Below, piece after piece: positions 57,660-64,000 of a stretch of DNA of 64,000 bases. The stretch spans positions 416,001-480,000 of the forward strand of contig CAWFQK010000004.1 in assembly GCA_963817955.1 (NCBI GenBank), read 5' to 3'. Numbering within the stretch: the stretch's first letter is position 1; the number at the start of each line of letters is the position of its first letter. The translations under genes were made by a program, and so were the position numbers. The notes beneath the pieces were generated by a model that saw only the letters and a program-made list of their open reading frames with translations, had not been told where the DNA came from and did no database searches. Origin of the DNA: an uncultured Gemmatimonadaceae bacterium (lineage in GTDB: Bacteria > Gemmatimonadota > Gemmatimonadetes > Gemmatimonadales > Gemmatimonadaceae).

Positions 57660-58013
57660 ATGCCGCGCATTCGAGATCTCGTCGCCGCCATTCGGCAGCG
57701 GGAAGGAGTTGACGCCGCCATCGTGCTGGGGCGCGATGGTCTGCTGATCGACAGCCAACTCGGTCCCGGGCTGGATGCCGACGATGTGGCGGCCCGTATT
57801 CCTGCCATTATCGGTCCGGCCGACGAGCTCGGCGCTGGGACTGATCGCGGCGACCTGCTGACCGCCGTACTCGAATATCGTAATGGATTGGCCATCGTGT
57901 CCGTGCTGTCGGCGGAGGCCATTCTCCTCGTGCTCGTCAGTCCCCGCGCGAACATCGGCCAACTGCTCTTCGAGCTGCGGCGCAACCGGGAACACATCGC
58001 CGCTCTCGTCTAA
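57660..58013 (+). CDS. Roadblock/LC7 (MglB-like) protein
   Basis: GVDAAIVLGRDGLLID, ANIGQLLFEL; GGGAGA RBS. Confidence 0.85.
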   Translation: MPRIRDLVAAIRQREGVDAAIVLGRDGLLIDSQLGPGLDADDVAARIPAIIGPADELGAGTDRGDLLTAVLEYRNGLAIVSVLSAEAILLVLVSPRANIGQLLFELRRNREHIAALV

Positions 58014-58019
58014 GATCTC

Positions 58020-58436
58020 GTGCCCAGCTCCACCCAGACGTGCCATGTGCTCGTCGCCGATGACGAACCACACATCGGCCGCATCATCAAAATGAAGCTC
58101 GAACAGGGCCCCTTCCGTGTCACGCTTGCCTACGACGGACGCGAGGCCCTGCAAGTGCTCGAGCACGAGCCCGACATCCGGCTCGTGCTGCTCGACCTGA
58201 TGATGCCCCATTTGAGCGGACTCGATGTCCTCGCCGCCATGCGCCGAGACGAGCGGTGGCGGGGCCTGCCGTGCATCATCCTCACGGCCGCCGGCCAGGA
58301 ACAACAGCACACCAAGGCTATGGAGCTCGGCGCCGACGACTTCTTGACCAAGCCCTTTAGCCCGAAGAAGCTGTATGCACGGGCGGCCGAACTGGTCGGC
58401 ATGGGCGGCGACGAATCCGTTCCGGAAAGCGCATGA
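58020..58436 (+). CDS. Single-domain response regulator
   Basis: VADDE, LLDLMMP, ILTA, KPF. Confidence 0.93.
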   Translation: MPSSTQTCHVLVADDEPHIGRIIKMKLEQGPFRVTLAYDGREALQVLEHEPDIRLVLLDLMMPHLSGLDVLAAMRRDERWRGLPCIILTAAGQEQQHTKAMELGADDFLTKPFSPKKLYARAAELVGMGGDESVPESA

Positions 58437-59467
58437 GCCGATGGACTGTCGTTCTTGCCGGAGGGGTCGGTTCACGTTTCTGGCCATTGAGCACACCGTC
58501 TCGCCCAAAACAGCTTCTCCCGTTGGTGACAAATCGGCCGCTGCTTTCAGATGCGGTGGATCGGATGCGGGCAATTACGCCGCCCGACCACGTGCTGATA
58601 CTCACCAATGAAGCGTTGGTGCCGCTGATCGCCGAAATGCTCCCTGACATTCCGCGCGACAACCTGATTGCCGAGCCCCGTGCCGGCGGCACCGCGGCCG
58701 CGCTCACCTGGGCGGCGCAGGAGATCGCGCGGCGCGACGGACCCGATGCGGTGATGATTTCCGTGCATGCCGACTGGTCGGTGGCGGACGTCCCGGGCTT
58801 TCAGCAGGCGCTCATTCGCGCCGCAGAGGTCGCGGAATCACAGCACGCGCTCACGACCGTTGGTGTGGTACCAAGCCGTCCCGATCCAGGCTTCGGGTAC
58901 ATCCAGCCGGGAGAAGAGTTGGAGCCCGGCGTGCGGCGAGTCGCCCGGTTTGTGGAGAAGCCGGATCGCGAGCGCGCCGAAACGATGCGCCAGGAAGGTT
59001 ATCTCTGGAATTCCGGCATTTTTGCCTGGCGCGTCGGCGACTATCTCGACGACGTGCGTCGGCTGACGCCCGAGGTCGCGCCAGCGCTGCATGCCCATGC
59101 AAATGACATCAACGCTTTCTTCGGTGCCGTCCGGCCCATCTCCGTCGACGTGGGCGTGCTCGAGCGAAGCGAGCGCGTCGTCGTACTGTCCGGCGATTTC
59201 GGGTGGGATGACGTCGGCACGTGGGGTGCACTGAGACGGGTCCGCGCCACCGACGCGCATGGAAATGCCGCGCACGGACACGTGCACGCCGTCGACGCGC
59301 ACGGGAATGTCGTACATGCCCCGAACGCGACGGTCGTCGTCTACGGCGTGTCGGATCTCGTCGTCGTCGTGGAGAACGGCCTGGTGCTGATCACCACCGT
59401 GGACAAGTCCAGTGATTTGAAAATGCTCATGGACGCGCTGCCGCGCGGCATCCGGGAGCGCGCATGA
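58433..59467 (+). CDS. manC: Mannose-1-phosphate guanylyltransferase
   Basis: LAGGVGSRFWPLS, PKQ, FGYI, FVEKP, WNSG, GWDDVG. Confidence 0.92.
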   Translation: MSRWTVVLAGGVGSRFWPLSTPSRPKQLLPLVTNRPLLSDAVDRMRAITPPDHVLILTNEALVPLIAEMLPDIPRDNLIAEPRAGGTAAALTWAAQEIARRDGPDAVMISVHADWSVADVPGFQQALIRAAEVAESQHALTTVGVVPSRPDPGFGYIQPGEELEPGVRRVARFVEKPDRERAETMRQEGYLWNSGIFAWRVGDYLDDVRRLTPEVAPALHAHANDINAFFGAVRPISVDVGVLERSERVVVLSGDFGWDDVGTWGALRRVRATDAHGNAAHGHVHAVDAHGNVVHAPNATVVVYGVSDLVVVVENGLVLITTVDKSSDLKMLMDALPRGIRERA

Positions 59468-60696
59468 CACTCGTCGTCCTGTACGATGATGCCCGTGCGC
59501 GAACCTTCGAGCCGTTCGCATCGACGCGCCCGGTCTCGGAAATGCGCGCCGGCACCCGTCTCCTTCGCGAGCGATGGGCCGCCGCGCTTCAGGCCGACGA
59601 CCTGCAATTCGTGGCAGGGGACCGCCACCTCGAGTTCGACGAGCCGGGGGCGCACGCCGCCACCGGTATCATTCCCGGCGGCGCGATCATTGTCAACGCG
59701 CGGTGCGTCCCTGCCCTGCCAGCCGACGCCGCCAAGGCTGCCCGACAGTCCGCGACGTGTAGCATGTGGCGCTGCGGCAGCGAACTGGCCGCCGTGCGCG
59801 TCCGCGAACCCCTGGACATCAAGCATTTCGCCGACGGCAGCCTGACGCTCGACGAATTGCACGTCGGAACGGGAGCCATCGGAACCATCGATGGCTGGTG
59901 GCTTACGGAGGTCTGGGACTTCATCCGTTTCTTATCGGAACAGATCGCCCGCGATGTCGCCGTGTTAGGAACCGCCGACGACACCGTTCCGCCACCCGCG
60001 CATGCAATCATCCTCGGCGAGCACGCGGTGCGCATGCACCGCGGTGCGGTCCTCGAGCCGTACGTGGTGTGCGATGCCAGCGCCGGCCCCATCTACATAG
60101 GCGACAGGAGCCACGTACGCGCATTCACGCGGCTCATCGGACCCTGCTATGTCGGCGACGACGTTCAGATCATGGGCGGCGACATCGGCAACTGCTCGAT
60201 CGGCGACGTCTGCAAGGTGCGCGGAGAGATGAGCAACACCATCTTGCTGGGCCACGCGAACAAGGGCCACGACGGATTCGTCGGACACTCGTACCTGGGC
60301 CGGTGGGTCAACCTCGGCGCCGGCACGGTGACGAGCAACCTGAAGAATACGTACGGCACGGTCGGCCTGTGGACGCCGAGCGGCGTGCGCGATTCGGGGA
60401 TGCAGTTTCTTGGAACGATGTTCGGCGATCATGTGAAGACAGGCATCGGGCTGCGGCTGACCACGGGCTGCGTCCTCGGCGCCGGCGCCAACGTATTTGG
60501 CACCATGCCTCCCAAGGTCGTGGCGCCCTTCTCCTGGGGAGATGGGCCTTTCTATTCTGTGTACCGCGCCGACAAGTTCCTCGAGACCGCTGCCCGCATG
60601 ATGGCGCGCCGGCATGTCGAGGTGACGGACCGCGCCCGGCGTCATCTCACCGCGGCGCATGCTGCCCGCTGGACCGTGGAAGCGGACCGCTCGTGA
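59464..60696 (+). CDS. GlmU-like putative sugar nucleotidyltransferase/LbH protein
   Basis: FEPFASTRPVSEMRAG, NKGHDGFVGHSYLGRWVNLGAGT, SNLKN, GDHVKTGIG. Confidence 0.85.
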   Translation: MTLVVLYDDARARTFEPFASTRPVSEMRAGTRLLRERWAAALQADDLQFVAGDRHLEFDEPGAHAATGIIPGGAIIVNARCVPALPADAAKAARQSATCSMWRCGSELAAVRVREPLDIKHFADGSLTLDELHVGTGAIGTIDGWWLTEVWDFIRFLSEQIARDVAVLGTADDTVPPPAHAIILGEHAVRMHRGAVLEPYVVCDASAGPIYIGDRSHVRAFTRLIGPCYVGDDVQIMGGDIGNCSIGDVCKVRGEMSNTILLGHANKGHDGFVGHSYLGRWVNLGAGTVTSNLKNTYGTVGLWTPSGVRDSGMQFLGTMFGDHVKTGIGLRLTTGCVLGAGANVFGTMPPKVVAPFSWGDGPFYSVYRADKFLETAARMMARRHVEVTDRARRHLTAAHAARWTVEADRS

Positions 60697-61502
60697 AGGT
60701 ATGGATGCTCGGCAGCGGCAGCAGCGGCAACGCGATTCTCATCGAGTGTGACGGATCGCGCCTCCTCATTGATTGCGGGTTCGGAACGCGCGCCCTTGCC
60801 GGGCGGCTGAAGACGATCGGCGTCGAGCCGGAGTCGATCGACGGTTGCTTGATCACGCACGAACATTCTGATCACGTGAAGGGCGCGGGTGCCGCGGCCA
60901 AGCGTTGGGGGTGGGGTATCTACGCCACGCCAGGGACGGCCCAGGCGCGCGAACTGACGGAGACGCCGGTTCACCGGTTCGAACCCGGCGCGACGCTCGA
61001 ATTCCCACGTATGGTCGTGGCGACGACCGCTACACCGCACGACGCCAATCAATCCGTGGGCTTCGTCGTGGAGAGCCGATCCACTGGCGCGCGCGTCGGG
61101 CTCTTCTATGACATTGGCCATGTGAGCCGCGAGATCGCCAGCGCCTGCACCTCACTCGACATGTTGGTGCTCGAATCGAATCATGACGACGCCATGTTGC
61201 GCGATGGCCCCTATCCTCGGTGGCTGCAGAGTCGCATCTCCTGCAAGACGGGCCATCTGAGCAATCGCGACGCCGGCGTGTTCGCACGCGAGGCGCTGAC
61301 CTCCGGCGTGAATCATCTGGTGCTCGCGCATTTGAGTGAGAAGTGTAATTCCGAAGTGGTCGCGCTGGAATCAATGCGGAGCGCCATCGCCCGGTCGCGG
61401 TTCAAGGGGACGCTGAGCGCGGCCCGGCAGAACGAAGTCGTCGGGCCGTTCACGCCGAGTGGAGTGCGCGCCGAAACACCGGTGCAGTACACGCTGTTGT
61501 GA
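60693..61502 (+). CDS. MBL-fold hydrolase (YycJ/WalJ-like)
   Basis: GSGSSGN, THEHSDH, ESNHD, GHLSN, AHLSE. Confidence 0.92.
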   Translation: MKVWMLGSGSSGNAILIECDGSRLLIDCGFGTRALAGRLKTIGVEPESIDGCLITHEHSDHVKGAGAAAKRWGWGIYATPGTAQARELTETPVHRFEPGATLEFPRMVVATTATPHDANQSVGFVVESRSTGARVGLFYDIGHVSREIASACTSLDMLVLESNHDDAMLRDGPYPRWLQSRISCKTGHLSNRDAGVFAREALTSGVNHLVLAHLSEKCNSEVVALESMRSAIARSRFKGTLSAARQNEVVGPFTPSGVRAETPVQYTLL

Positions 61503-61522
61503 GGGGACCGGGACACGGGATA

Positions 61523-61725
61523 CGAAGCCCTGTCATCCCGAGCGAAGCCCTGTCATCCCGAGCGAAGCCCTGTCATCCTGAGCGGAGCCCCGTCATCCCG
61601 AGCGAAGCCCCGTCATCCTGAGCGGAGCCCCGTCATCCTGAGCGAAGCCCCGTCATCCTGAGCGAAGCGAAGGATCTCTCCGCGTGGCGAAGCGGTCATT
61701 CGTCGCTACGCTCCTCATGAGGACA
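61523..61725. repeat. REP/MITE-like palindromic element with 7 tandem 20-bp copies of its left arm
   Basis: (CGRAGCCCYGTCATCCYGAG)x7 at 61523-61662, then CGAAGCGAAGGATCT; degenerate right arm TTCGTCGCTACGCTCCTCATGAGGACA. Confidence 0.85.
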
Positions 61726-61963
61726 GGAACATTGGCAGCTGCCATTGTGTCTTTCCTGTAGTAGGAAGAGTAGAACGCGATGAAATCTTTCGGCAGGCCG
61801 CCATCGATCGGCCAAGCCTCGTGCCGCCGCGCCGCTGCGGCGTAATGTCTCCACAGTGCGGCCGGTACGGAATTTCATTTGGCCTTCGAGTAATCACGGT
61901 CGTGCTGAAAGAGAATTGCGCCCCGGCAGGCATCCGGCGTGCGGCGTTAACAGAGGAGCAACA

Positions 61964-62152
61964 GACGTGCGACACGTCGCGATCGCCGTCGGAAGAGCCG
62001 GAAGGGTCGCCGGAAGAGACGGAAGGGTCGCCGGAAGAGACGGACTCGTCGTCAGGAGTGACGGAATGGTCGTCAGAACCGACCGAGCCGCCTTCGGAAG
62101 AGTCGGAGTCGCGTTCGGAAGAATCGGAGCCTCCTTCGGACCGGTCGGTGTC
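61964..62152. repeat. Degenerate 21-bp-period array (8-9 units), consensus ~GTCGTCGGAAGAGWCGGANNN
   Basis: Units at 61985, 62006, 62027, 62048, 62069, 62090, 62111, 62132. Confidence 0.85.
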
Positions 62153-62205
62153 TGCGTGAGGGGCGGTGGTCTTGCCGGTAAGGTGCGGGGTCCGTCCGCG
62201 ACACG

Positions 62206-63249
62206 ATGGCCTGCGCGCTTCACGATCGGGCGTGGCGCCTGCACACGAGACGATTCCTTGTGCACCGCCAGCCATCCCTGCTGAACGCGAGCGACTGGGT
62301 CGTGCACGCCGATCGATTGCCTGTGGACGCGGACCCATTCCACGTTGACACGGATCTATTCCACGTCGACACGGATGAGTCCCTCGTGACATTGCGACAG
62401 AGAGGTCTCAACGGCCGAGGGTCTCGTGTTGACGGCGACGACTCCCCGCGTGACGCCGGTCGATCCCTCCGGCAGGGCGTGCAGTGGGTGGTGAACACGC
62501 GGGCATTCGAGCTGAACGAGCCGGAAAGCTTCCTGGACGACCGCGAGTCCGATATTGATTGCGATGGGTTCGTGCTTGACCGCAAGGAGTTCGTGCTTGA
62601 CCGCGAGGGGTTCGTGCTTGACCGCGCGCCGTGCCATCTCACCACGGACGAGTCACCCCTCGACACGCGTGGGTGCCATCTCAACCGGAACGACTCCGAC
62701 CGGACCGAGAGGCAATCTCAGGTGGACGGCACAGTGTCTCAGCGAACGGGGCGAGGATTGTCGGTGGAAGCGCATGAGATGGGCGTGGATGCGCGGGAGA
62801 GGCGTGTTGACGAGAGACGGTCCGGTGTGGCGCGAGCGGCATTCGGGCTCGACGCCGGGGAGTTCCCTCTTGACCGGAGCGACTCCCCCCTGAACAGCGG
62901 CTGGTGCGAGCTGGATGCGCGGGAGTCCCTGCTCGATCGGCGCTCATTCGCTCTCGACCGCGAGGACTTCCATCTACACACGCGTCAATTCGGTCTCGAC
63001 CGCGAGGACTTCCACCTGCACACGCGTCAATTCGATCGAGACAGCGAGGGATTCCCTATGAGCAGGCGTGGATCCCATCTGAACACGCGGGCATCCCCTC
63101 TGCACGCGGACCGATTCCCTCTCGGCACAGTCGCCTCCCCTGCGGGTAGCGATCGATTCCCTCTCGACACGCTCCCATCCCTTCGGGTCGCCGATCGATT
63201 CGTTGTCGCCGCCCGCTCGTCCCGCGATGAGCGTAGTCCTATATATTAG
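62206..63249 (+). CDS. Putative heptapeptide-repeat protein (49 x [LV]-D-x-x-x-[FS]-x)
   Basis: 347-codon open frame with unbroken 21-bp register; no clear RBS. Confidence 0.5.
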   Translation: MACALHDRAWRLHTRRFLVHRQPSLLNASDWVVHADRLPVDADPFHVDTDLFHVDTDESLVTLRQRGLNGRGSRVDGDDSPRDAGRSLRQGVQWVVNTRAFELNEPESFLDDRESDIDCDGFVLDRKEFVLDREGFVLDRAPCHLTTDESPLDTRGCHLNRNDSDRTERQSQVDGTVSQRTGRGLSVEAHEMGVDARERRVDERRSGVARAAFGLDAGEFPLDRSDSPLNSGWCELDARESLLDRRSFALDREDFHLHTRQFGLDREDFHLHTRQFDRDSEGFPMSRRGSHLNTRASPLHADRFPLGTVASPAGSDRFPLDTLPSLRVADRFVVAARSSRDERSPIY

Positions 63250-63700
63250 TTCCGAAAACAGGGGGTCAGCGCAAGGGCCAAGATGTCCGATTGACCACGC
63301 TCGCCATGTTGTACAGGAACGGGGGTTGCCGACTCAGCCCCCGAGCGACGCACGCGTGGGATAGTCTGATGCACGATTCCGCCGACTATCATGTTCGCCT
63401 TGCCTTTGCAGTTCGACCGCAATCGCAAACCTGACAGTTACTGTATTTCAGCTGTCCCAGGGAAGATTGCCGAGACGGTGTCATGATTGTACGAAGACTC
63501 GTAGCTCGACCGCGGGATTTCATTTCCGGCTGCGTCGAAGACGCTGATAGGAAGGACGTACTTCCGATCCCTCGCCACCCCGGTGTCGCTCGGCGCCATT
63601 TCCAAGCGGATTGCTCGCGGCCCGGTGCTATTCGAGCAAGCAGCAATGAGGACGACGCTCAGAAGCAAGAGTTCACTCGCGGCGACTTTGGCGTGCGCAG
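63246..63700 (-). pseudogene. Degenerate lipoprotein gene, possibly Ig-like, with in-frame TAA at 63440-63438
   Basis: LLLLSVVLIAAC lipobox, PISVFDAAGNEI, reading continues in frame past the stop; no clear start. Confidence 0.4.
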
Positions 63701-64000
63701 TCCGGCGAATGCGCTGTACGGGACGGTGCCCATCCTGAGCCTGCTCATGAGTTTTCTGTCCATTTCTGCGTGTTACGCCGCGACCGCATGCAGCGTAGCG
63801 ACGAAGGTGCCGTGGCATATCCCGGGGCAAGCGGTTGTGGCTGCGCAACTTAGAAGCTTGCGATCGCATATCCCGTCGGCGCTACACTGCAAGCGTCGCC
63901 GATGTTTTGTGCGCTTCTGCAGCGTATAGTGACCACCTACTTAGCGTTATACAGCAACACGCATCTCCACGCCACATGATTCCCGACGTTCGGTTCGAAG

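Noticed and set aside
59766..60692. N-terminal extension making a 578-aa MBL protein
   Set aside because: Overlaps the GlmU-like gene in another frame; the real start is GTG 60693
61523..61662. CRISPR array
   Set aside because: Units are contiguous 20-mers with no unique spacers, and there are no cas genes
62218..63246. Antisense coiled-coil protein (HELLAVK-like heptads)
   Set aside because: The in-register minus frame has several stops (e.g. at ~62356, ~62944, ~62974) and many prolines

Overview
GC-rich bacterial chromosome segment, most likely Gemmatimonadota (16S 5' signature, LpxC-FabZ fusion, gene order). It is mostly a minus-strand housekeeping region. It contains lipid A and envelope genes (DUF374, lpxB, GnnA-like oxidoreductase, lpxA, lpxC-fabZ, lpxD, skp, bamA, lolD, lolC/E, lptE, lpxH, murI, murA), mcsA-mcsB-clpC, lysS, prfB (programmed +1 frameshift) and era. 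It also holds one complete 16S-23S-5S operon with no spacer tRNAs, tRNA-Lys/Arg/Pro, tRNA-Sec with a Sec-containing selD, secDF, the rimP-nusA-infB-rbfA-truB-ribF operon, gatCAB, pcrA and serS. A plus-strand roadblock/receiver/sugar-nucleotide/MBL operon follows. The block ~40.4-45.2 kb has many frameshifts and looks like low-quality consensus. The least explained DNA is three degenerate arrays with unrelated consensus but the same strict 21-bp period. One splits the lpxD-lpxC junction and two lie at 62-63 kb; one of the latter is a 347-aa ORF of 49 in-register heptapeptides. Next to them is a REP/MITE-like element whose left arm is tandemly amplified about 7 times. All calls come from reading motifs by eye; no searches were run.
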